From positions 3,393 to 67,392 of the IMG/VR virus record IMGVR_UViG_3300020462_000004: 64,000 nucleotides of DNA, one strand, 5' to 3'. The DNA is from a virus. This document shows, in pieces, positions 49,033-58,109 of this stretch (positions are counted from its first letter, which is position 1; the number at the start of each line of letters is the position of its first letter). A program made the translations under genes and the position numbers. Below the pieces are notes generated by a model. The model ran no database searches and was not told the DNA's origin. It saw only the letters and a program-made list of their open reading frames with translations.

Positions 49033-49816
49033 GAACAACACCATGAGGATTTGCAACTACAATATCGGCACAGATTTGAGCTGAAGGGCTAGTTTTTGCA
49101 AACGTCACTCCCAACCGTTTTTGCTCGGCACAGTGCTTCAATCTTGCCATCTCAAAGTCTAATCTTTTATTAGCTAATATTTGTTTATTTATTTGATTCT
49201 GACTGCTGGAAGCACGTAGACAATTTTCATTGTGTCTTTTATCAAGAGGTATAGTTATATTCATACTGATACCCCATCCAATATTGTGATTTGTTTTTTG
49301 ACCTGTTCTTACAGGTTTTTGATAAAGAACAGCCCCAGGATTGTCTAATATGCCATCATTATCGACATCTGAATTGTCGTACACATTATCAAGCCATTCA
49401 GATTCGTAAGGTTCTTTCCATGAATCCTGCAATGTAGCAAATGGAGTAATTGAAAGAGTAGATCCTTGACAGGAAACCCCACCTCCGTAAGTATTAGTTA
49501 GGTACGGTCCCGATAGATTTTGTACCGCCAAATTTGAGACTGACCCCGAAGAATTCGCAATCGGGTTTGCAGTAGCTGAAACCCCTCCCACCTCGTTTGC
49601 ATATATAGGAGTACTAAATATATTTAAAGCTAAAAGTAAATATTTTACTGACTGAAGGTTGAAGTTGTATCTGTTACAGATTTTATGTCGGTAGTCCTCT
49701 GGATTATGGTCTGTGACTTCAACCCTGGCTGGCTCAGTGTAGTTGTCATCTGCCAAGGTTTTGTCTCGTCTATGATCGAGAAGTTTGGCATATTTGAGGA
49801 ATCTAAATTTGTCCAC
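49004..49816 (-). CDS. Conserved cyanophage exported protein (start uncertain)
   Basis: KYLLLALNIFSTPIYA signal-like segment, ATANPIANSSGSV, CQG, RLKHC motifs. Confidence 0.65.
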   Translation of the reverse strand: MDKFRFLKYAKLLDHRRDKTLADDNYTEPARVEVTDHNPEDYRHKICNRYNFNLQSVKYLLLALNIFSTPIYANEVGGVSATANPIANSSGSVSNLAVQNLSGPYLTNTYGGGVSCQGSTLSITPFATLQDSWKEPYESEWLDNVYDNSDVDNDGILDNPGAVLYQKPVRTGQKTNHNIGWGISMNITIPLDKRHNENCLRASSSQNQINKQILANKRLDFEMARLKHCAEQKRLGVTFAKTSPSAQICADIVVANPHGVVPNHLHSIPK

Positions 49817-50088
49817 GTTGAATTAACTCCATTTAGCGTTTGAGTAACACTTTTGGCTGGAGGAACCAAACTACTACTATCTGTCTTTATATTATTGCCA
49901 GTTACGGTATATTGCCAGCCTGTTTGATAATCAATTACATTTATTGTCTCAGTCACTTTTGAAGTAGTCTCAGTATGAGACTGGAGTACACCTGTATTAA
50001 AGTTTGGAACTACTGGTACTGCCTTCGCAGTCGTGCTCATCAGACTTAGAAAGATTACAGGTATTATTTTTCTCATCTGTCTCATCAT
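49645..50088 (-). CDS. Conserved cyanophage exported protein
   Basis: MRKIIPVIFLSLMSTTAKA|VPVVPNF signal peptide. Confidence 0.7.
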   Translation of the reverse strand: MMRQMRKIIPVIFLSLMSTTAKAVPVVPNFNTGVLQSHTETTSKVTETINVIDYQTGWQYTVTGNNIKTDSSSLVPPAKSVTQTLNGVNSTWTNLDSSNMPNFSIIDETKPWQMTTTLSQPGLKSQTIIQRTTDIKSVTDTTSTFSQ

Positions 50089-50127
50089 CTTCTTTTTCTT
50101 TTATTGCAAAGGCATGATCCTTTAGTC

Positions 50128-50625
50128 TCATTTTATTGAAATTTCGCTTACAAATTGACCTGTCGCAACTGTACCTGCTCCTCCGGCTGTTAGAGCTATT
50201 GTTGAAGATGAATCAATTGTACCTGCTAATGTTCCTGCAACCCCTGCTGCAGTTGAAGTTTGATCGGAATAAGCAACCACGGCACCTGTACTTGGAGCAC
50301 TTGTGGATATAGCATCTGCTTGTGTAAATGATTGAGTGAAACTCCAAGATTCACCTGCTGTGGCCTGTACTGCTGAAAGTGTAGGTATTGAACCAACTCC
50401 TGAAGCTATTGTCAATGAGCCAATTGAGTTAGTAGCTGAACCACCTTCAGGTGTATACTGAGTAGTTACGTTGTTTCCAGAAACACTATAACTATTTCCG
50501 ATTCGGGATACTTGAGTGGCAGCAGCATTTACTTGTAGCTGTACACTGCTAGATAATTTATGAGTGATATCTGCTCTGGCTGCTGGGGCAAATATCAATA
50601 TCAACAAAGGGAATAATTTCCGCAT
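50128..50625 (-). CDS. Conserved cyanophage exported Ser/Thr/Ala-rich protein
   Basis: MRKLFPLLILIFAPAARA|DITHKLSSSVQL signal peptide. Confidence 0.7.
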   Translation of the reverse strand: MRKLFPLLILIFAPAARADITHKLSSSVQLQVNAAATQVSRIGNSYSVSGNNVTTQYTPEGGSATNSIGSLTIASGVGSIPTLSAVQATAGESWSFTQSFTQADAISTSAPSTGAVVAYSDQTSTAAGVAGTLAGTIDSSSTIALTAGGAGTVATGQFVSEISIK

Positions 50626-50695
50626 TTTTAGTACCTTTTAATTACTATACATAAGTTTACATGAAGGTAGACTTAGTATGTATTGAGATTATAAA

Positions 50696-51145
50696 ATGAC
50701 TGAAAATTCAAAAGAGTCTCCTAAGACACAAGAGAAAAAAAATGTTTTCTCAAAAATCAAAGAAAGCATTGATGACAAAGAAGAGCAACTTGCTATTGTA
50801 GGTGGTTTTGTTCGGTTAGGAGTTTTAGTTTGGAGTGGTTTTATTTTGACTCTTAACTATATAACAATTCCAGGATGGGAACAAAACAAGATCGATCCAA
50901 CTTTTATCGCAAGTGTTTTTACAGGAACCCTAAGTACTTGGGGCGTTGCTACAGCTAAGAAAAGAGGCGATGGAACTATGAAGATGGATAAAAATAATGC
51001 TGCAAATGGTGTTTCAAGTTTAAGTAAAGTTGACCTTGAAAAGTTAATAGAGAAAGCATCTCAAACTGCTCCTACTCAGATCTTGCGTATCGAACAGGCT
51101 CCGATTAAAATAGTGACAGAGACTAGTCCTAAGAAAAATGTATAG
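50696..51145 (+). CDS. Conserved cyanophage two-TM membrane protein (holin-like topology)
   Basis: VRLGVLVWSGFILTLNY...IDPTFIASVFTG. Confidence 0.65.
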   Translation: MTENSKESPKTQEKKNVFSKIKESIDDKEEQLAIVGGFVRLGVLVWSGFILTLNYITIPGWEQNKIDPTFIASVFTGTLSTWGVATAKKRGDGTMKMDKNNAANGVSSLSKVDLEKLIEKASQTAPTQILRIEQAPIKIVTETSPKKNV

Positions 51146-51689
51146 CAGACCAAGTAAAAATTGGGGAATAATAGCTTTAGTATCTATCTTAGGGGTATCT
51201 AATATTTCTCTGATGAGTACTTTAGTTACTAATAAATTTAAAAGTCCATATCCTAATGTTAATTTTCCAGTAGGTCCGTATACTTCTTACAGTATTGTTG
51301 CATCTGAAGAAGGATATAGTATCAGATATAAAGCAAACGATCCAAAAGTTTTAAACCGAGTTAAGTTACTTACTGAGCCAAAAGGATTATTTGGTAATAA
51401 AGAGTCAAAATTAAGTTTGAGAGAAACTTATACAATGCAACGTGAATTAGGTAAAGATGGAGTAGAGGGAACCGTAATGACTGAGAAAGACATTGCTTGC
51501 ATAAAAGTAGAAGGTAGTGGAAACGCTACAGGAAAAGTCGTAGGAGCCTCTGTAGGAGTTAAAGCTGCACCTGCATTTAGTAACATACCAATCGTTGGAT
51601 GGCTTGCTGCAGGCTTTGTAACTATGTTTGCACAGGACAAAGGATCAGAGATAGGTGGACAGATAGCAAGAGACTACAATGATTGTTAA
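51138..51689 (+). CDS. Conserved cyanophage membrane protein with a glycine zipper
   Basis: N-terminal TM; YKANDPK; VGASVG...IPIVGWLAAG...GSEIGG. Confidence 0.65.
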   Translation: MYSRPSKNWGIIALVSILGVSNISLMSTLVTNKFKSPYPNVNFPVGPYTSYSIVASEEGYSIRYKANDPKVLNRVKLLTEPKGLFGNKESKLSLRETYTMQRELGKDGVEGTVMTEKDIACIKVEGSGNATGKVVGASVGVKAAPAFSNIPIVGWLAAGFVTMFAQDKGSEIGGQIARDYNDC

Positions 51690-51732
51690 TAGATAATTCT
51701 AGGGTTATACTCAAAGTAGTTACATACTAAAA

Positions 51733-51960
51733 ATGTCTTGCGGAGTATCATTAGAAAATCTTAAAAATTTTGATAAGCAAATAGATGAGCAGGCTTCGAC
51801 ATTATCAAAACAAATACAGCAATTAGAATCTCAACTTATAACAGCTAAAAATTCTTATTTAAAAGTTTTAGGTGCTAAAGAAATTATAGAAATACAGATT
51901 AAAGAAGCAGAATCTGTTGAGAGCACTCCAGTATTAGTTCCAGAGGCAAGTGGTGATTAA
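51733..51960 (+). CDS. Coiled-coil hypothetical protein
   Basis: ORF track. Confidence 0.6.
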   Translation: MSCGVSLENLKNFDKQIDEQASTLSKQIQQLESQLITAKNSYLKVLGAKEIIEIQIKEAESVESTPVLVPEASGD

Positions 51961-52186
51961 GATGTTAAAGGAGATGAATAGAGACAGATATAAAGCCTTA
52001 CAATTACTAGCAGATCATTTACGCACTCCGTCAAAAGATTTATCTCTTAATGCAATTTTTAATGATGTAAAGGATGAAGATCTTAAATGGGTGACAGAAA
52101 AAATTCATTATTATTTATTAAGACTTCTTGAAGAAGCAGACTATGAAAAAGAAGAGGATGTAGAGCTAGTTTCATTATTGGATTAA
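51950..52186 (+). CDS. Hypothetical protein
   Basis: ORF track. Confidence 0.6.
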   Translation: MVIKMLKEMNRDRYKALQLLADHLRTPSKDLSLNAIFNDVKDEDLKWVTEKIHYYLLRLLEEADYEKEEDVELVSLLD

Positions 52187-52244
52187 CCACTACATTTGTG
52201 TAAGTTTATGCAGCATAAAGTTTCTACAAGGTTGCAAGGTACAT

Positions 52245-52652
52245 GTGATTCACTGCGAGCAAGATTTACTAGCAAATTTAATTGAACTCTCTCCAAAAAA
52301 TGCTCGCCATAAATTTCGACAATGTATATTTCAATCTTGGGATTGGAAATGTGCTTATTGTGATAAAGAATTAAACAAAGATACTGCGACGATTGACCAT
52401 ATACTTCCAAAATTCAAAGGTGGACATAATGTTAAAACTAATATGATTTGTTCCTGTTCTAAATGTAATAGATTAAAAGGATCAAATCTTTTAGAAGATT
52501 GGTACAATCCTGAATTTAAATTTTTTCAAAAGGAGAGACTTGATAAGATAAAACAGTGGATGGATCAAAACAGCTCTATTAAAATCCTACCCTCAGATAA
52601 AGCAACACCTTATATAACAAATGACTTCTACATCGGATGGGTCGCTTCCTGA
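52245..52652 (+). CDS. HNH endonuclease
   Basis: CAYC...TIDHILPKFKGG...N...CSKCNRLKG, intact HNH. Confidence 0.9.
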   Translation: MIHCEQDLLANLIELSPKNARHKFRQCIFQSWDWKCAYCDKELNKDTATIDHILPKFKGGHNVKTNMICSCSKCNRLKGSNLLEDWYNPEFKFFQKERLDKIKQWMDQNSSIKILPSDKATPYITNDFYIGWVAS

Positions 52653-52830
52653 AGACCAAGCAAAAGCATTTGCAAGACAATATGCTGAAGAATTACAAGC
52701 AGAAAAAATTTCTAAGAATAATGAATTAGTGAATAGCAGAATTCAAGAAGCAGGAGATGACGCTTTATATGGCATGCGTGGTATGGATCTAGTATCTAAA
52801 GTGAGAGCAGGAGAAGTCAATTTTATTTAG
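52621..52830 (+). CDS. Hypothetical protein
   Basis: ORF track. Confidence 0.5.
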   Translation: MTSTSDGSLPEDQAKAFARQYAEELQAEKISKNNELVNSRIQEAGDDALYGMRGMDLVSKVRAGEVNFI

Positions 52831-52891
52831 TAATAAAATCAATAGCATCTAAGAGTTAGAATTATTTATATAAGTATTAAGAAAAAGACTG

Positions 52892-53179
52892 ATGTCTAAA
52901 AGGGCAAAAGCTAAAAAACTTTCAAAAGAGCACTTGAAATGTAATAAGCCTAAAAAGACTCCCAGTCATAAAACAAAGTCTCATGTTGTAAAAGCATGTG
53001 AAGATGGCAAGGAAAAATTAATAAGATTTGGTCAACAAGGAGTAAAAGGTGCTGGTAAAAATCCAAAAACCGCTAAAGAAAAAGCTAGAAAAAAATCATA
53101 TTATGCGAGACATGATGCTCAAGACAAAAATCCTGACAAAATGTCAGCTAGATACTGGTCACATAAAGTAAAGTGGTAA
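52892..53179 (+). CDS. Basic conserved phage protein
   Basis: KLIRFGQQG...ARH...SARYWS...W motif family common in marine phages. Confidence 0.7.
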   Translation: MSKRAKAKKLSKEHLKCNKPKKTPSHKTKSHVVKACEDGKEKLIRFGQQGVKGAGKNPKTAKEKARKKSYYARHDAQDKNPDKMSARYWSHKVKW

Positions 53180-53205
53180 AATAAAATTAAATACAAAAAG
53201 TACCT

Positions 53206-53304
53206 ATGGAAGTGATTGCTATCAGTTTTGTTATTTTATTTGGCGGAACATATGGAGTGGGAACACTTTTATTAGGACGAACAAGTTCTGATAAATATAA
53301 TTAA
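53206..53304 (+). CDS. Single-TM microprotein (32 aa)
   Basis: Manual translation MEVIAISFVILFGGTYGVGTLLLGRTSSDKYN. Confidence 0.45.
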   Translation: MEVIAISFVILFGGTYGVGTLLLGRTSSDKYN

Positions 53305-53354
53305 TTGCTCATTAATTCACTGTTGGTAATATATGTATAAAGGTTTTTATTTAT

Positions 53355-53567
53355 ATGGATCTTAACCTTCCAACAAATGTTGAATTTTCTATTCATGCTG
53401 CATCTTTAGCAATACAATCTTTAGATAGAGTAGAATTAGAAGAGGCATTCATTGAGCTTTTACATCAGAAAGCATTAGATCGTCAGATGTTTTACGGCAT
53501 CATGAAGGATCATGGCATTGATGCCAACATTCAATTCCAGCTCTCTACTGAAGGGCAAATTTCTTAA
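53355..53567 (+). CDS. nblA: NblA-like phycobiliprotein degradation adaptor
   Basis: Gap-free match to the NblA pattern L-x5-FSI-x6-(I/V)Q-x-(L/M)...L-x2-Q...(F/Y)-x2-(I/L)(M/L)K. Confidence 0.65.
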   Translation: MDLNLPTNVEFSIHAASLAIQSLDRVELEEAFIELLHQKALDRQMFYGIMKDHGIDANIQFQLSTEGQIS

Positions 53568-53572
53568 GAAAC

Positions 53573-53956
53573 ATGGCTACAAGAACAATTGAGGCAACTC
53601 TAGACAAATTCAGTGTTGATGCTGGATCAGAAATTACATATCTTGGACCTACAGCAGCAGGTAATAAAGGCGATGCAGTAAGGGGATTTAGAGTCAATCC
53701 TGGAGGTACAGGAGACATTAAGGTAACTCTTGATAGATCTGAAGGTGTAAATACAATGCAAATTTTTCAAGAGGATGCATTTGCAACAGGAGATGCACCT
53801 ACTGGTTATTATAAATTCTTTGATATAGCTAAAGCAGGTAAAGGTAAGGGAGCTGTTGGTGTTACAGTTACTAACGCAGCTAAAAACTATGTTGTACTTT
53901 TAGAATTAGATGGTTATTCTGAAGTAAGCTATAACGGATCTGTTGTCGTCCCATAA
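53573..53956 (+). CDS. Small beta-sandwich (PPC-like) protein, probably structural
   Basis: Beta-rich; GDIKVTL...YVVLLE. Confidence 0.5.
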   Translation: MATRTIEATLDKFSVDAGSEITYLGPTAAGNKGDAVRGFRVNPGGTGDIKVTLDRSEGVNTMQIFQEDAFATGDAPTGYYKFFDIAKAGKGKGAVGVTVTNAAKNYVVLLELDGYSEVSYNGSVVVP

Positions 53957-54659
53957 ATATTTATTATTTACAGAAAAAGGCTATAAATTAACAAAAAAAT
54001 ATACTGTTCCTAGAACTTATTTAGGAATGGGTAGATATGCAGCGTATAAAGATTTTGGTGAAAGTATTTGGAGGATAGGCTATGGAAGTGAAACTATTGA
54101 TGATCATTATTTAGATGCTAATGATAAAGCTATTCAAGAAGATATAGATAAACAATTCTATGAGGATTTAAAAAGTTTCTCAAGCGAAGCCGAAAAATAT
54201 GTTTTTGTAAATTTAAACATAAATAAAAGAGCTGCTTTACTTAGTTTTGCTCATAGTATTGGTATAAATTCATTTAAATCTAGTAGATTACTTGATTTAA
54301 TAAATAGTTATGCAACTAAAAATAAGATAATAAAAGAGTGGAGTCCCTATATAAACCATATATGGATGTCAGGAGGGGATCTAATGACCGATAGAAGGCG
54401 TACAGAGCTTGATATGTACTTTGCACCAGATAAAGAGATACCAACCTTCTATCGTCATAAATGCCACACTAAGGTTTGTTTGTTAAATATTGCCGAAACT
54501 TATAACGGATCTGCTACACAGATAAAGGGAATTGAGTATTTAGAAAAGAAACTTAAAGAACTTGATCCGTCTGGAGAGGTTCTTCGGAAGTTTTTTCGAT
54601 ATTGGAACAGTACTCCAAGTGGTCTAGGATCTCCTTTGCGTCGTAAGGTCGATCCTTAA
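53943..54659 (+). CDS. GH24 phage lysozyme-like protein with degenerate active site
   Basis: AYKD...WRIGYG, ALLSFAHSIG...FKSSRLLDLIN, RRRTE. Confidence 0.75.
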   Translation: MSSHKYLLFTEKGYKLTKKYTVPRTYLGMGRYAAYKDFGESIWRIGYGSETIDDHYLDANDKAIQEDIDKQFYEDLKSFSSEAEKYVFVNLNINKRAALLSFAHSIGINSFKSSRLLDLINSYATKNKIIKEWSPYINHIWMSGGDLMTDRRRTELDMYFAPDKEIPTFYRHKCHTKVCLLNIAETYNGSATQIKGIEYLEKKLKELDPSGEVLRKFFRYWNSTPSGLGSPLRRKVDP

Positions 54660-54733
54660 GCCAATCAAGACAATCCATGATTAAAAGCTCTCTTGAGTAA
54701 TTTTTTTCGAATTCGTCCCATTTTATTACTGGA

Positions 54734-55096
54734 TCAGGTATAGAAGGTGATTTGACCTGACTTAAATCCTTTTCCATAGATTGAACTTGCTGATTCGAGT
54801 ATTTCATTGTTTTTATCTTTAGCCATACTTATTTTTAACAGTACTAAATATCCAATCAAGTCATTTATAACATCTTCATCGGTTGCTAATAAACCTGCTC
54901 CCTTCATAATTCTGTTTAATTTATCATCAATACGTACTAATAGTTGCTCTGAAGCTGAAGCTTTACTAAAAACTCGACATGGTTTTAAAGCAGAATCACC
55001 ATATTTTCTATTTTTGTCAATTAAAAGATCTTTTATATCATCACAAATGCCGCTAATTTTTAATTCAGTTTCATTCATAGTCATGTGTAGCTCCAA
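54734..55096 (-). CDS. DUF1599/nucleotide-modification-associated domain protein
   Basis: KNRKYGDS...VRIDDKLNRI...DLIGY. Confidence 0.7.
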   Translation of the reverse strand: MELHMTMNETELKISGICDDIKDLLIDKNRKYGDSALKPCRVFSKASASEQLLVRIDDKLNRIMKGAGLLATDEDVINDLIGYLVLLKISMAKDKNNEILESASSIYGKGFKSGQITFYT

Positions 55097-55108
55097 TACA
55101 ATAGATGT

Positions 55109-55306
55109 ATGAAACCTCAGTCTACTTCAAGTTACGACGTTGACAATCGTTACAGATTTTATAAGTCGTTAAATTCAAGAGAAGATATTTCTCCTGAAAG
55201 GAGAGGGGTCAGACCTGGTGTTGATAATAATAGCTCTCAAAATTTTTTGAGATCTTATATAGCACAATTAAGGGACATGAATTTTCCTCGGCAAATGATT
55301 GATTAG
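55109..55306 (+). CDS. Hypothetical protein
   Basis: ORF track. Confidence 0.55.
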   Translation: MKPQSTSSYDVDNRYRFYKSLNSREDISPERRGVRPGVDNNSSQNFLRSYIAQLRDMNFPRQMID

Positions 55307-55923
55307 CAGATTACTTTGCCAATATGAGAAAATATATTTTTAAATCTTTCTGTTTGATTAAAACCTAAATCTATTTTAGGCAAATAAATAAAATATCCCC
55401 AACTTATAGGTGATTCTAAACATTCGTATTTTTTACCATGTATTAAATTAGCTCGATTAGTAGGAACACAAACTGGGAAATCCCACATTTCTGGACACGT
55501 TCTTATCATTTCAGAATATGTAGTAAAAAACAAAGCTTCTGATATATTTCTTAATTTCCATTCTTTTAATAATCTTCTAAACCATATTACAGATGGAGCT
55601 TTTGCTCCTTGACCTGCAGATAAACTCCATCTCCACGTACCTCTTTTTTTCGCAAAAGAACATCTTCCGAAGGTAGGAGGGAATAAATAAGTTTTACCAG
55701 TCCAAGGCTCCTCAATATTTAAACCATCTATCTCATATGTATATATTTTTTTTGCTCTTAAAAATTGATTATTTGCATCATATGTAGAGCAAGGATCTAA
55801 GTCTATAGTTCTTAATAAGGCATCTATATAAGGTAAATATTCACAAGGTGTTAACCAATCATGAGTTATGTGGTCTACTTGTGCTAATGATCTTCTACTA
55901 GCACCCCATGATCCTTTAGTCAC
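55303..55923 (-). CDS. Phage DNA N6-adenine methyltransferase-like protein with an atypical catalytic motif
   Basis: DWLTP, IDLDPCS, DGL...W retained; NPPY position reads FPPTF. Confidence 0.7.
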   Translation of the reverse strand: MTKGSWGASRRSLAQVDHITHDWLTPCEYLPYIDALLRTIDLDPCSTYDANNQFLRAKKIYTYEIDGLNIEEPWTGKTYLFPPTFGRCSFAKKRGTWRWSLSAGQGAKAPSVIWFRRLLKEWKLRNISEALFFTTYSEMIRTCPEMWDFPVCVPTNRANLIHGKKYECLESPISWGYFIYLPKIDLGFNQTERFKNIFSHIGKVIC

Positions 55924-56327
55924 ATTTGTTTGAAGCTTGCACCTTCACTATCAATTTTGTAGTGAACCAGAGACATCTCTTTATCATCTTGAATAATAAA
56001 TAAAGCTTCTTTATCAGGATCTAATTTTTCTGCTCGAACTATTGCCTGTTTCATTACATCTGCAGCACCTTCTAAATCATTTTTATTAAGGTCATCTATA
56101 GCATTAATAAGGTTATTAACCGTTAAATAAAACATAGATTTCTTCTCATCTTCATGAGTTGGAACATATACCATCGCCCCTGGACCATCATTATGATAAA
56201 ACTTGTAATAGAATTCACACATATCAGCACATACTCGTTCAATAGTAAGTTGATAAAGTTTTTTTTCATCTTCACCTAATGCAGTTCCAATTAATTTTTT
56301 CAATAACCGATTTCTTCTGCTAGTCAT
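55920..56327 (-). CDS. Hypothetical protein
   Basis: ORF track; coupled to neighbours. Confidence 0.65.
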   Translation of the reverse strand: MTSRRNRLLKKLIGTALGEDEKKLYQLTIERVCADMCEFYYKFYHNDGPGAMVYVPTHEDEKKSMFYLTVNNLINAIDDLNKNDLEGAADVMKQAIVRAEKLDPDKEALFIIQDDKEMSLVHYKIDSEGASFKQM

Positions 56328-56929
56328 TTAGTTTCCCCAACTGTTACATTGTTATCATTTTTTTTATCTTTGTCAATTTTTATAAGATCTTTGAGCCCTG
56401 ATTTTTTAAGTGTCTCCAATAATTTTGGTAGTGGTCTATAAAGAACAACAGCCTTTTGCATATTTCCAATTTTTTTTATTAATTTGCCGTTTTTATCTCT
56501 TAATTTTGTAAGTTCTCCCTGTCTAATTAAATATTCTGCAACACATCTATATCTTCTTTTTTCAGCTAAATTTATCTCTGGATACCTATCGCAGATTGTA
56601 CTAGTTTTCATATCACTGAAAGTAAGTCTTATCTGATCAGCCAGTGATAATCCAAGTATTAAGTCTTTTGTGCTTGTTTCATAGCTTGAAACTAATTCTA
56701 AATACCTTCTAAGATCTTGATTATTAAAACTACCAGATGGAGGTATAAATATTTCTACTTGTTCAATAAGTGATTTACACAATTTTTTTCTATAATTTCT
56801 AGTTGTGACTGAATTTATATCTAAATCAACAAATCTGTAACTCTGATAGAGATTGTCAGGATCTTTATGTGGTGCATAATTTGTTGTATCTAAGATATCT
56901 ACCCAGTCCTCTAATTGTTGTGCTTCCAT
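56324..56929 (-). CDS. Hypothetical protein (possible winged helix)
   Basis: Basic C-terminal helix-wing-like segment. Confidence 0.6.
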   Translation of the reverse strand: MEAQQLEDWVDILDTTNYAPHKDPDNLYQSYRFVDLDINSVTTRNYRKKLCKSLIEQVEIFIPPSGSFNNQDLRRYLELVSSYETSTKDLILGLSLADQIRLTFSDMKTSTICDRYPEINLAEKRRYRCVAEYLIRQGELTKLRDKNGKLIKKIGNMQKAVVLYRPLPKLLETLKKSGLKDLIKIDKDKKNDNNVTVGETK

Positions 56930-56958
56930 TCGAGGACACTATCTATTCAAATACTAGC

Positions 56959-57327
56959 CTACTTTTTAAGATGATTCCATTGTTGTCTATGACTAATTAG
57001 TAAAGCCCAAATATAGTAATGTTTTATGCTTATAAAATGGTCTTTAAGTTTTACATGTTCATACCAGTCTTCACCATATAATTCAGTCAATCTTTTTTTA
57101 CATTTTTCTAATGAACCACTATAGTTTGTTGATTCCCAACATGATTTAGCTAATAACATTTCTTGGATTGTACATAGACCTTGTAGTTCAAGAGTAGACA
57201 GACTATGTAAAAGTTGGCTAATATCGGAGAGATATGGATATTGTTCATCATGCGTCGCCCTATTACTTACGCTGAGTTGATTTTGATTTTGTTCCTTCTC
57301 CCTATTGGGTATATCGGAGTTAATCAT
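56959..57327 (-). CDS. Hypothetical protein
   Basis: ORF track. Confidence 0.6.
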   Translation of the reverse strand: MINSDIPNREKEQNQNQLSVSNRATHDEQYPYLSDISQLLHSLSTLELQGLCTIQEMLLAKSCWESTNYSGSLEKCKKRLTELYGEDWYEHVKLKDHFISIKHYYIWALLISHRQQWNHLKK

Positions 57328-57383
57328 TTGTATGAGTTTGTTTCAGATAGAATCACTATAGAAGTTAAATTTAAAGAACCATA

Positions 57384-58094
57384 ATGTCAAGTTTTTTTGG
57401 AGGGGGATCATCACCACAAATTATGATTCCTGATCAGCAAAAATCAAAAGCATTTCAGACTATAATACCGCAACAGACTTTTCAAAATGCAGCGGAATAC
57501 ATGGGAAGATTGGATGATGAATACAATAGAACACTTGATAGACAATATGATCAAGTAGGAACTTCTGCCGAAATGGGAGCTAGAGCAAAAGGAAGACAGC
57601 TGCAAGGCCGTTCATCTTATCTATCATCATTACCATATACTGCTGGACAAGATGTAAGAGATGTAGCAGAAACAAGAGAAGGTGATGCAAAACTTGCTTA
57701 TAAAGATGCTTTAGACAGAGCTAAAACGTCTGAGCGTAAATACGCACCTGTAACTAAATCAGGATTTGATAGCAGGCAATATTTAGAAAATTATCGAGAT
57801 CTAAGAGATGCTTTTGGTAATGATTTAGAAAAAGCTAAACAACATTATATAGACTTTGGAAAGGATGAAGGCAGAACTGATGAAGATATTCATGGATTAA
57901 ATAAAGGAGTACCAGGCTTTGCTAGATCTACTGAATCTTCATTTCTCCCAAGAGAAGCAAATGTAACTAATGCAACTAATGCAACTAATGCAACTCAGTC
58001 CAACATTGATGAAACTCAGTCCAAGCAAATAGAAGATTTATATAAAAAATATCAACCTAAGACCGCCTATAGTTATATGAATAAAGAAAACTAA
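57384..58094 (+). CDS. Probable virion protein with one YLxxYxDLxxAFGxD module
   Basis: FDSRQYLENYRDLRDAFGNDLEKAKQHYIDFGKDEGRTD; 9-nt AATGCAACT microrepeat near 57960-57995. Confidence 0.7.
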   Translation: MSSFFGGGSSPQIMIPDQQKSKAFQTIIPQQTFQNAAEYMGRLDDEYNRTLDRQYDQVGTSAEMGARAKGRQLQGRSSYLSSLPYTAGQDVRDVAETREGDAKLAYKDALDRAKTSERKYAPVTKSGFDSRQYLENYRDLRDAFGNDLEKAKQHYIDFGKDEGRTDEDIHGLNKGVPGFARSTESSFLPREANVTNATNATNATQSNIDETQSKQIEDLYKKYQPKTAYSYMNKEN

Positions 58095-58109
58095 TAGAAG
58101 TTAATTTTT

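Noticed and set aside
53206-53304. PetM/PetG-like cytochrome b6f subunit
   Set aside because: Only generic single-TM similarity (GxLLL); too weak to name.
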